Shown here: in pieces, positions 17,706 through 25,996 of the stretch
Layout of the letters: every line of letters starts with the position of its first letter
Position numbering within the stretch: position 1 is the stretch's first letter
Assembly: GCA_964510885.1 (NCBI GenBank)
Contig: CAZEDL010000007.1
Coordinates: forward strand, 13,999 to 77,998
Source: an uncultured Gammaproteobacteria bacterium
Lineage (GTDB): Bacteria > Patescibacteriota > Patescibacteriia > Magasanikbacterales > GWA2-37-8
DNA length: 64,000 nt
Direction: 5' to 3'
The notes under the pieces: model-generated
What the model saw: only the letters and a program-made list of their open reading frames with translations
Told to the model about the DNA's origin: nothing
Databases searched by the model: none
Position numbers and translations under genes: made by a program

Positions 17706-19430
17706 TTACATTTCCTCCACCGGTTCAATGGTTAGTACAGTCAGAGCATTAATCAGCACCTGGCGCACCGCCATAGCCAGAGCCAACCGAGCCCTAGTCA
17801 CTTCGTGATCTTTAGAAATAATATCATGCTTGGCGTATAAATCGTTAAATGCTTGCGCCAGATCAAACGAATACTTAACTACCGCTGAAGGATTATATGC
17901 CGCCAGCGCTTTCTGCAATACTTCTTGGTACGAAGCGATCAAAATAAACAATTTTTTATCTTCGAGTGTTTCAAACTGTCGTACATCAACGGGCGTATTG
18001 GCAGTATTAAGTCCGGCAGATTTTTTAAGCAAACTATTAATACGCGCTACCACATATAACACATACGGCGCACTATACCCCTCGACACTCACTGCCTGAG
18101 TAACATCAAAACTAATATTCTTCCCCGCCTCGTGCTGCAACATGGTGAATTTAAGCACAGCCTGCGTAAGCTTATTAGCAAGAATAGTCACCCGGGCCGG
18201 AGTCCAATCAGGGTGCCGGGCGGTATTATCTTGGCGCAGCCGCTCAGCAATATCATCGCGCAGTTCTTCGTATAAAATCACATTACCAAGACGCGATGAC
18301 ATTTTTCCATCACTCCGGTTTACCAGCCCATACCCGATATGCGTCATTTTTTTATGAAACCCATACCGATCGAGCACAGCGAACAGTTGTTTGAAATAAA
18401 AATTTTGCTCAATGCCGGTAATATTAATACTTTCACTCGCATCTACTCGTTTGAATTTTTCTTCGGCCAGAGCCAAATCAGCTGTCATATACAGCCCAGC
18501 CCCAGTTCCTTTGCGCAGTAGCGCCACATCAAGGCCAGCATCCTTAAGGTCAATAATCACTGCCCCCTTATCCCCTACCTCAGCAATGCCTTTAGCCAAT
18601 AGCTCATCTACAATCTGCTGTCCGCGGGCTTTTACTTCACTCTCTAAAAACAACACGGTATGCCGGGCACTAAGTTCGCTGTGGAGTTCATCAAATCCCT
18701 CGAGGCTCCAGCCTCGAGTGGTTTCAAACAGCGGCCAAATCTCCGGATCATGGGCTTCTAATTTTTTCTGCAGTTCGTCAAGCTCCGCCTTCGTCTCTTC
18801 CTCATGCTCTTTTATATAAATACTCGCTTCGGCATAAATCTGCCCCAGCCACTTTTGCGTATTCTCGGGCGGCGCTTCATTACCATGAAATTTCTTGAGA
18901 CCCCACAGGCACTTCACCACATGCGCGCCAAAATCATTAATATAATTTACCGGCGTAATGTCATAGCCAGCGGCGCGATATAGCTGTACCAGGGTATTAC
19001 CAATGCAAACATTGCGCAAATGGCCAATATGAAATTCTTTGTGCGTATTTTGTGAGGGATATTCAATCACCACTTTGTGGCCAGCTCCAAGCGGCCAATG
19101 GCCATAATCGGCCCCCCGACTCAGCACCTCAGCCAACACCAATTCTGCAACCTTCGGCAGGCGCAGATAAAAATTAACATACGGCCCAGACATCGAAAAA
19201 TCTTGCACCAAATTGTCGCTCTCAATCTCCACTTTTTCTAGCATATTAAGCACGCGCTGCGCCGCTTCGGCCGGCTTAACCCCCCACGCTTTAGCGAGTG
19301 AAAAACACGGCAAACAAAAATCGCCCATATCAGCATTCGGCGGCACCGATAATCCTTTTACATCTTCAACGCCCGCTTTTTTAAGTAAGGCTTCAATGTG
19401 TTGTTTAAATGTATCGAGCATATAATACAC
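17706..19430 (-). CDS. argS: Arginyl-tRNA synthetase
   Basis: Class I HIGH motif KEFHIGHLRNVCIGN. ArgRS length and C-terminal DALR-like region. Confidence 0.9.
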   Translation of the reverse strand: MYYMLDTFKQHIEALLKKAGVEDVKGLSVPPNADMGDFCLPCFSLAKAWGVKPAEAAQRVLNMLEKVEIESDNLVQDFSMSGPYVNFYLRLPKVAELVLAEVLSRGADYGHWPLGAGHKVVIEYPSQNTHKEFHIGHLRNVCIGNTLVQLYRAAGYDITPVNYINDFGAHVVKCLWGLKKFHGNEAPPENTQKWLGQIYAEASIYIKEHEEETKAELDELQKKLEAHDPEIWPLFETTRGWSLEGFDELHSELSARHTVLFLESEVKARGQQIVDELLAKGIAEVGDKGAVIIDLKDAGLDVALLRKGTGAGLYMTADLALAEEKFKRVDASESINITGIEQNFYFKQLFAVLDRYGFHKKMTHIGYGLVNRSDGKMSSRLGNVILYEELRDDIAERLRQDNTARHPDWTPARVTILANKLTQAVLKFTMLQHEAGKNISFDVTQAVSVEGYSAPYVLYVVARINSLLKKSAGLNTANTPVDVRQFETLEDKKLFILIASYQEVLQKALAAYNPSAVVKYSFDLAQAFNDLYAKHDIISKDHEVTRARLALAMAVRQVLINALTVLTIEPVEEM

Positions 19431-19432
19431 GG

Positions 19433-19457
19433 TGTCATTCCCGCGCAGGCGGGAATC
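19433..19457. repeat. Family-1 palindromic repeat unit (TGTCATTCCCGCGCAGGCGGGAATC)
   Basis: ATTCCC-N8-GGGAAT hairpin with GTCA/TGAC flanks. It recurs at 25429-25582, 36348-36417, 37201-37224, 42792-42874 and 62210-62219. Confidence 0.8.
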
Positions 19458-19467
19458 CAGTCGCTTA

Positions 19468-20673
19468 CTAAATAATTTTCACAAAAAACCGATTCCCCTT
19501 CTGCACCACATCTCCAGGTTTCACTACCGCTTCAATCGTTTCGACTTTATCATCATTGATCTTAACACCACCTTGAGTAATCACCTGCCGCGCTTCAGAT
19601 TTACTTTTTACCATCTTGCTTTCCACCAACACCGTAACAATATCCATTTTCGACGGCGACAGATTAGGGATAGAATCCGGCACTTCTTTTTGCTGAATCA
19701 CCTCGACAAATCGGGCTTCTCCAGCCTTAGCAGCCGCCTCACCCAAAAATTGCTTGGTAATTTCATAGGCCAAACGCAGTTTAGCATCCCGGGGATTTTT
19801 CGCGCTCGCAATCTCCTCAACCGCGTCCATCGGCACGCGGGTGCAGAGTTCAAACCCAGGCCGGATCATCCCGTCGCTCCAGCGCATCACTTTGCCAAAC
19901 ATATCTTCCGGAGTATCCGACAAGGCAATCATATTCCCTTCGCTCTTACCCATTTTCTTACCACTGTCGTCAGCCAATAATTTTCCAGTCAGAACAAATT
20001 TTTCCTTATGTTTCATTTCTTTCATCAACGCGCGGCCGGCGAGCATGTTAAATGTCTGGTCGTTGCCGCCAATCTCACCGTCCACATCCATCGCCACACT
20101 GTCATAACCCTGCATCAATGGATATAAAAATTCATGCAAAAAAATAGGCTTTTCTTCTGTCACTCTTTTTTCAAACATATCCCGCTCCAGCATCTGCTGC
20201 ACCGTAAAATGACTGGATAATTCCACCACATCTGCAAACGTCATCTTAGCGAGCCATTCACTGTTGAATTTAATCTCTGCGGGATTGCTACCGCCAAAAT
20301 CAAGCACCGCTTCGGCTTGCTGTTTATACGCCGCACAATTCTTAAGCACTTCGTCACGCGTTAATTTTTTGCGCGCCGCACCTTTGTCAGTCGGATCACC
20401 AATCATGCCGGTAAAATCACCGATGAGCACAATCACCTTATGCCCCAAATCCTGAAACTCGCGCAACTTTAAGAGTGTGATGCCATGCCCAATATGGAGC
20501 GTATCAGCCGTAGGATCATAGCCAGTGTATAACACGAGCTGTTTACCTTCGTTCAATCGCGCCATTAAAAATTCCTTTTTAGGATAAATATTTTCTACGC
20601 CACGCGTTAAGAGAGTTTCAATTTTTTGTGAATCGTGTGATACGGACATATTGATATTAAGATAAACGAGCAA
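19468..20673 (-). CDS. tyrS: Tyrosyl-tRNA synthetase (with C-terminal S4 domain)
   Basis: TGYDPTADTLHIGHG (HIGH) and KKMGKSEGN (KMSKS). Start ambiguity: TTG at 20673 with a GAGG-like SD, or ATG at 20649. Confidence 0.9.
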   Translation of the reverse strand: MLVYLNINMSVSHDSQKIETLLTRGVENIYPKKEFLMARLNEGKQLVLYTGYDPTADTLHIGHGITLLKLREFQDLGHKVIVLIGDFTGMIGDPTDKGAARKKLTRDEVLKNCAAYKQQAEAVLDFGGSNPAEIKFNSEWLAKMTFADVVELSSHFTVQQMLERDMFEKRVTEEKPIFLHEFLYPLMQGYDSVAMDVDGEIGGNDQTFNMLAGRALMKEMKHKEKFVLTGKLLADDSGKKMGKSEGNMIALSDTPEDMFGKVMRWSDGMIRPGFELCTRVPMDAVEEIASAKNPRDAKLRLAYEITKQFLGEAAAKAGEARFVEVIQQKEVPDSIPNLSPSKMDIVTVLVESKMVKSKSEARQVITQGGVKINDDKVETIEAVVKPGDVVQKGNRFFVKII

Positions 20674-23413
20674 GGTCAGCCTCGAGTGTCGCTAATTTTT
20701 GCTCCGCCTCCGCTAATTTTTTCTTTTCGCTGTCCACCAACTTCGCCGGCGCATGCGAAGTAAAATCCTCATTCGCCAGTTTAGCCTGTTGGGCAGCAAC
20801 ATACGGTTTTACTTTGGCAATCTCCTTACTAAGGCGCTCTTTTTCTTTGGCCTTATCAACCCCCTCGCTCACATTAGCAAATACCATCACATCACCTACC
20901 GCAAACCCCACCGCTCCGTCTGGTTTTATGATGTCAGATTCAATGGTAAGTGTAGCGATGCCGGTGCGTAAATTCTGTATCAGCGATTTTTCTTGAGACA
21001 AGAGAGCAATTTTTCCTTTGGCGCTGATAGATACACTTATTTTTCGCGCCGGTTCCACTTTATATTCAGCGCGCAAAGCGCGTACTGACACCACAATATC
21101 ACGAATCAAATTAAAATCATCCAAAACCGCGGCATCTTGTTTCAGCTGCTCCAGAGCCGGCCATTTTTGAACTATTAACAACTGATCAGTGCCATACACT
21201 TCACTCCAAATCGCTTCGGTCACAAACGGCATGAACGGATGCCACAACTTCAAAATACTGTTGAGGGCATAATTCAGAATATCTGATTTATCACCTTCGA
21301 TTTTGGCGATCTCTAAATACCAATCCGCGAGCTGATCCCAAGTAAACGTACGCAAGAGCTCTCCCGCTGCCGAAAACTGATACTGATCAAGCGAAGTGCT
21401 CACGAGTTTCACCGTATCACTGAGCTGGCTCAAAAACCAACGGTCACTCAAGGTTTTAGCCGTCGGCTCGGCTATATCCGCCTTAGGATTATCAATCGTC
21501 AGCAGCATAAACCGGCAGATATTCCACAGCTTATTGGTAAAATTCCGGAACCCGGCAATCTTCTCTTCCGACAACTTAAGATCATTCCCCGGCCCGTTAC
21601 CAATGAGCAGCGACAACCGCGTGGCATCCGCCCCAAACTTCGCAATCATGTCGAGCGGATCGATAATGTTATCAAGCGTCTTACTCATCTTCCGCCCCTG
21701 TTCATCACGCACTAGCCCGTGCAAATACACCGTCTTAAAAGGCACATCCCCAATCGCATACGTAGTCATGAGTATCATACGCGCCACCCAGAAGAAAATA
21801 ATATCATAACCAGTCTCAAGCACACTGGTCGGATGAAACCGCGCAAAATCGGGTGAATTTTTCAACCACTCTTCGAGAGAAGAATAATTTTCAAAGCTAT
21901 CTTTAGATAATAAAGTAGAAAAAGTCCACAAGCCAGACGAAAACCAGGTATCAAGTGTATCGGGATCTTGCTCCAGAGCATTCCCACACTGCGGGCAAAC
22001 AACAATTTCATCAACAGACACAAGCGGCTGCGCACATTTCGGATTTCCCTGTTTACAGTAGTAAACAGGAATCTGATGCCCAAACCAAATCTGGCGACTG
22101 ATGCACCAATCGCGTAAATTATCTATCCAATGAAAATACGTTTTCTCAAATCGATCCGGAATAATCTTAATCTGCTCATTACGCACCACCGTCTGCATCA
22201 ACTCTTTCAGACTTACCATCTGCCCGTCTGTAACCCCCTTAATTCTTAGGTCTTTATTCTTAAATTCAAACGGTTTATTCACATCCACAAACCACTGCAC
22301 CTTCGGCAGCGGCTCCACCACATCTTTGAACCGATCAGACGTCCCCACATTCTGAGCAATATCTTCTTCTTTGATTAATAGATCCTGATCTTTCAGATAC
22401 GCCACAAATTTCTGCTGCGCTTCTTTAATCGTGAGCCTGGCATAGGCTGCTCCGCCACTGCGCATCATCTTGCCGTCTTCACCAATCACCTGAATCAGGC
22501 CGATCGGATCCGCCGCCAATCTACAGCGCTCATACATGTCAAAGTCAACCATGCTGTGTGCTGGCGTCACCCCAAGCGCACCGGTGCCAAAACTATCATC
22601 CACCCCGGCGTCCCCAATCACTTTTATAGTCAGCGTGTGGCCGGCCTGTCCCACATTGTTCACCGTAAACACCTGACCAATATACTGCTTCCACTTTCCT
22701 TCCGGATGCACAGCTACCGCGGTATCGCCGAGCTTGGTTTCGGGGCGGGTGGTAGCAATCGGAATCGGAAACTCATGGCTATATTTAAACGTATACAATT
22801 TCGCGGGCCGCTCCACATGCACCAATTCATCATCACTACAGGTTGATTGCCCTTTCACCGACCAATTCACCACCCGATAGCCTCGGTAAATGAGCCCGTC
22901 ATCATACATTTTTTTAAACACGAGTCGCACCGCCCGGCTGCGCACGGCATCAAGCGTATATGCTTCGCGGCTCCAATCAAGCGATGCGCCCATGCGTTTG
23001 CATTGATTCACGATCGTATCATGACTGTCTTTGGCAAATTGATTGACGCGTTCTAAAAATGCATCACGCCCTAATTCTTCCTTGGGCTTCGTGAAACCCT
23101 CATTTTTTATCAGTAGTGCTTCCACTTTTGATTCGGTAGCTATGGCCGCATGATCCGTCCCCGGCACCCAAAGCGCAGCTTCACCCTTCATCCGATGATA
23201 ACGAGCCAGCACATCTTCGATCGCCAGCATGGCTGCATGACCCATATGAAGCGTACCCGTTACATTTGGGGGCGGCAGCACCATGGAAAAATAAGAGGTT
23301 ACATTATCTTGCGCCGAATTATTTTGCGGTCCGAAAAAACCGCTCTGCTCGGAACGTTCATATACCTTGTTTTCATATTGTTTTGGGTCGTAGGCCTTTG
23401 GGAGCTCTTTCAT
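20657..23413 (-). CDS. valS: Valyl-tRNA synthetase
   Basis: PPPNVTGTLHMGHA (HIGH), GRKMSKTLDN (KMSKS), C-terminal coiled coil. 918 aa. Confidence 0.95.
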   Translation of the reverse strand: MKELPKAYDPKQYENKVYERSEQSGFFGPQNNSAQDNVTSYFSMVLPPPNVTGTLHMGHAAMLAIEDVLARYHRMKGEAALWVPGTDHAAIATESKVEALLIKNEGFTKPKEELGRDAFLERVNQFAKDSHDTIVNQCKRMGASLDWSREAYTLDAVRSRAVRLVFKKMYDDGLIYRGYRVVNWSVKGQSTCSDDELVHVERPAKLYTFKYSHEFPIPIATTRPETKLGDTAVAVHPEGKWKQYIGQVFTVNNVGQAGHTLTIKVIGDAGVDDSFGTGALGVTPAHSMVDFDMYERCRLAADPIGLIQVIGEDGKMMRSGGAAYARLTIKEAQQKFVAYLKDQDLLIKEEDIAQNVGTSDRFKDVVEPLPKVQWFVDVNKPFEFKNKDLRIKGVTDGQMVSLKELMQTVVRNEQIKIIPDRFEKTYFHWIDNLRDWCISRQIWFGHQIPVYYCKQGNPKCAQPLVSVDEIVVCPQCGNALEQDPDTLDTWFSSGLWTFSTLLSKDSFENYSSLEEWLKNSPDFARFHPTSVLETGYDIIFFWVARMILMTTYAIGDVPFKTVYLHGLVRDEQGRKMSKTLDNIIDPLDMIAKFGADATRLSLLIGNGPGNDLKLSEEKIAGFRNFTNKLWNICRFMLLTIDNPKADIAEPTAKTLSDRWFLSQLSDTVKLVSTSLDQYQFSAAGELLRTFTWDQLADWYLEIAKIEGDKSDILNYALNSILKLWHPFMPFVTEAIWSEVYGTDQLLIVQKWPALEQLKQDAAVLDDFNLIRDIVVSVRALRAEYKVEPARKISVSISAKGKIALLSQEKSLIQNLRTGIATLTIESDIIKPDGAVGFAVGDVMVFANVSEGVDKAKEKERLSKEIAKVKPYVAAQQAKLANEDFTSHAPAKLVDSEKKKLAEAEQKLATLEADLARLS

Positions 23414-23414
23414 A

Positions 23415-23699
23415 TCAATTCTTTGGGGTAGACTTAGGCCGGACAGTCGCAGACTCCAGCTCAGCTAAATCTGATTCAAGATTGGGAAATATCAATGCCA
23501 ACGCAATACCAGGGTGATCTTTTTTAAACTCTTTTATTGATTTTTTTAACAGTTGTAAGTAACCAGCAAGCATATGCGGTTCACTGCCAATAGCCAGCCT
23601 CGCAGCTTCAAAACTCGCATTGATTTGAGCTATATCTTGCTGAACTTCAGAGGAAAAATCAATTACTTCGATCGATGAGCCACCGGTTGCTTCTAACAT
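23415..23699 (-). CDS. Hypothetical small protein (94 aa)
   Basis: Non-overlapping ORF ending 2 nt before the valS start. No family match, no SD. Confidence 0.3.
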   Translation of the reverse strand: MLEATGGSSIEVIDFSSEVQQDIAQINASFEAARLAIGSEPHMLAGYLQLLKKSIKEFKKDHPGIALALIFPNLESDLAELESATVRPKSTPKN

Positions 23700-23766
23700 A
23701 GGTTAAATACGATAAAATATTTCAATATAGTACTAAACCAAGCCAAAAAGAGCAAGCCAAAAATGA

Positions 23767-23795
23767 TTGACACAAATTAAAAAATATGCTATAGT
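23767..23795 (+). promoter_or_regulatory. Consensus sigma70-type promoter upstream of the high-GC gene
   Basis: TTGACA-17nt-TATAGT. Confidence 0.7.
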
Positions 23796-23807
23796 GCTTA
23801 GTTGCTA

Positions 23808-23836
23808 TTATGTCTAAATTAGAATTTAGACATAAA
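23808..23836. promoter_or_regulatory. Perfect 13-3-13 palindrome (candidate operator) just downstream of the -10 element
   Basis: TTATGTCTAAATT-AGA-AATTTAGACATAA. Confidence 0.55.
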
Positions 23837-24027
23837 ATAGTAATTAAATAATAGTTATATTTAAGGCAAATTAAGGTTTGTACCTTAACAATTCAGTTGG
23901 CTAAATACCAATAACTTAAAAATGTACGCGCAGACTAAAGAATTAAAATTCTAATTTTTTGATCTGCGCGTATCAACGCGTAAACAATTAACAAGGCCTG
24001 TCCAGGCTGTAGAAAAGGAGGCATATC

Positions 24028-25242
24028 GTGCCAAAACCGTACGACGAGAAACTGCAAAAGTTCAGAACCACACAGGAGGCGGATATCCGCCAAGGAAGGC
24101 TCATACGGCTCATTCCTCAGAAGGAGGAGCGCATCAAAACAACGCTCCAAGACCTCAGGAACCAGAGTGATCGCCGGGTCGCTATCCTGGCAGGTAAGCT
24201 CCTGGCAGAGCGAACCGCCCTCTCAACCCAAGACGCCCAGTTTGAGGCTGTGAAACTCGTGGGGGAGGAGATCTGGGCCGAAGGCGAAGAGGCCAAGGCC
24301 GAGGCGGAGAGGTGGCTCCAGGGCCAGCTCACCACCCCTCTTAACGTCCACGAAACAGCAGAGCTGACACGTCGAAGCAGAGAAGAGGAAGAGCGTCTGG
24401 AGGCCATTTACCAGGCCGAGATCTCGGCCGAACAGGCCCGCCTCGCCGAGGAGCCACCAAGCCGGACCACGGTGCCGGAGCGCACAATGGATCCGACCAT
24501 GTTCCACGGCAGGGCTCTCCCGGTCCTCGAGACGGACGATATGGAGGAGGCGGGCCCGGCTCCAACCGCGCTGGACACCCTTCCCCCGCAGGAAAGAGAG
24601 CTGGCCTCGGTCATTGTGGACCAGGCTGGGATCGAATCCCGGGTCCACCCCCTCAGCCCGCACCGTCCTCCAACGACGGCGCACCGGATGATCGGGGAAG
24701 CGCCCCACCCCGCCAACCAGACTCCCATCGAGCCACTGGCGGCCACACCCAGGCGTGCGGCCACCCAGAACGAGGTCGATACCCTGGTGCGACGAGGCCC
24801 CGCTCCCAAGGAGCGATGGCACCTGAACGATAAGCAAAAATCCGTGCTATGGGTTTTGATCTTGGTGGGAGTGCTGGTGGGTGGAGGAGGATGCCTTGCG
24901 TGGCTTGTCAACAAGCTATCCACCTCGGAGCGTCCCGCCGCCGCCCGGGTGCTGAACCAAACCGCTCCCGAAATCACGCCCGCCATGCAGCGGGCGATCG
25001 ACAAGGCGGTGGCCACTGAGGTCGCCGCCAAGACAGCGGAGTGGGAGAAGAGATTCACCCTGCGCAGCGAGGTCCGCGCGCTCATCATGAGCGAGGTGAG
25101 CACCCAGCTCCCCCCGGAGCAGCCAGCGCCCCCGCGCCCCCGGCCGCTGCGCCCCCGGCCGCTGCCCGACTTCGACAAGGGCCGCCAGCCTGACAGGCCC
25201 GGCCTCCGGTACCCGTTTACCACCACGAGGCCACGCCGCTAA
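24028..25242 (+). CDS. Hypothetical Pro-rich single-pass membrane protein encoded in a high-GC island (404 aa)
   Basis: GTG start with a perfect AAGGAGG SD 6 nt upstream. Charged N-terminal region, TM helix VLWVLILVGVLVGGGGCLAWLV, PRPRPLRPRPLP tail. ~65% GC with AGA/AGG Arg codons, unlike neighbouring genes. Confidence 0.6.
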   Translation: MPKPYDEKLQKFRTTQEADIRQGRLIRLIPQKEERIKTTLQDLRNQSDRRVAILAGKLLAERTALSTQDAQFEAVKLVGEEIWAEGEEAKAEAERWLQGQLTTPLNVHETAELTRRSREEEERLEAIYQAEISAEQARLAEEPPSRTTVPERTMDPTMFHGRALPVLETDDMEEAGPAPTALDTLPPQERELASVIVDQAGIESRVHPLSPHRPPTTAHRMIGEAPHPANQTPIEPLAATPRRAATQNEVDTLVRRGPAPKERWHLNDKQKSVLWVLILVGVLVGGGGCLAWLVNKLSTSERPAAARVLNQTAPEITPAMQRAIDKAVATEVAAKTAEWEKRFTLRSEVRALIMSEVSTQLPPEQPAPPRPRPLRPRPLPDFDKGRQPDRPGLRYPFTTTRPRR

Positions 25243-25313
25243 CCACGACCAACCCACCCCCCCACACCGCTCCGATCTAATCGGAGCCCAGCCTATCGGG
25301 GTGGAACGACTAA

Positions 25314-25399
25314 TCCAGGCCAGCCAGCGTCCACCCCTCCTGACCGATCGAGTCTCTCGATAGTTCAGGAGGACGCTCGCTGCCTGGATTTTTTGTTTT
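25314..25399 (+). terminator. GC-rich intrinsic terminator after the high-GC gene
   Basis: TCCAGGCCAGCCAGCG...CGCTCGCTGCCTGGA followed by TTTTTTGTTTT. Confidence 0.6.
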
Positions 25400-25428
25400 C
25401 TAAACATGATAATAAAAGGGGTTACTCC

Positions 25429-25582
25429 ATTCGCACGAGCTCATTCGGAATGACAAATAAAGAGTAAAGTGACCAGATTCGCGCCTGCGCGGGAATGACA
25501 ATTGGCCGGACAGAGATTCCTCACATTCGTTCGGAATGACAAGTGTTTGGACAGAGATCCTTCGCTCCGCTCAGGATGACAA
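25429..25582 (+). repeat. Tandem array of four family-1 hairpin units (ATTC-N14-19-GGAATGACAA), separated by 14-20-nt spacers ending in GACAGAG/GACCAG
   Basis: Units at 25429-25456, 25477-25501, 25516-25552 and 25557-25582. Unit 2 (ATTCGCGCCTGCGCGGGAATGACAATTGG) is near-identical to dispersed copies. The unit-4 loop TTCGCTCCGCTCAG recurs at 36348. Confidence 0.8.
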
Positions 25583-25910
25583 TTGAAAATAACAAAAAAC
25601 ACAAAAAAAATACTTCAATCACTACAACGCTCACCACCCCGCACCATTGCGCAGCTGAGGCCATCTGGCCCCGGTGAACAGAAGCGGCCGGCAGAGCAGG
25701 CGCTGCTGTTTGAGGCCCAACGGGCCGAGTTCAGGGCCCGAGCTTCGACGCGCCGTTGGCAGCGGCCGAGTGAAGCACCGGTTCGGTGGTTTTTTGGGCC
25801 TGTCCTCCGGATGAGGATACTTTTTTGCCATCAAAAAAGTAACATACCACTCACCAAAAGGTGGTTTACGGTCGGAGACAAAAAGTCACACACCGTCACA
25901 AAACACCAAA

Positions 25911-25939
25911 GTTGACACGATAATAATCACCTGTTATAA
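25911..25939 (+). promoter_or_regulatory. Consensus sigma70 promoter for the DHH-family gene
   Basis: TTGACA-17nt-TATAAT. Confidence 0.75.
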
Positions 25940-25996
25940 TCACGCGTTCTTGCTAAAATAAGCCTAAGAACCCTGCCTTCATAGGCATGAAATCCT

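Noticed and set aside
19432-19980. ORF MSFPRRRESSRLL... (182 aa, +) and ORF 42707..42895 (-)
   Set aside because: Both start inside family-1 palindromic repeats (the SFPRRRES / CDCHPRLRGDDS translations are repeat-derived) and run antisense through tyrS or an intergenic repeat. They are artefacts of the repeat.
24117-25407. Several long minus-strand ORFs (24117..24407, 24223..24837, 24408..25226, 24916..25407) and 24341..24565
   Set aside because: All lie antisense within the 65% GC island, where stop codons are rare by composition. They have no SD and highly Arg/Gly/Pro-biased translations. The plus-strand ORF with an AAGGAGG SD is the credible one.
25429-25582. Possible CRISPR array (tandem short repeats with spacers)
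   Set aside because: The units are not identical. The conserved parts are only the short termini ATTC/GGAATGACAA. The spacers are 14-20 nt rather than ~30-40. The units match dispersed REP-like copies elsewhere. No cas genes are present.
25583-25915. 110-aa basic ORF (and antisense 25631..25834) in the GC-rich tail
   Set aside because: There is no SD and the composition is biased. The region more plausibly is a non-coding remnant ending in a terminator hairpin. It is reported as part of the island finding instead.
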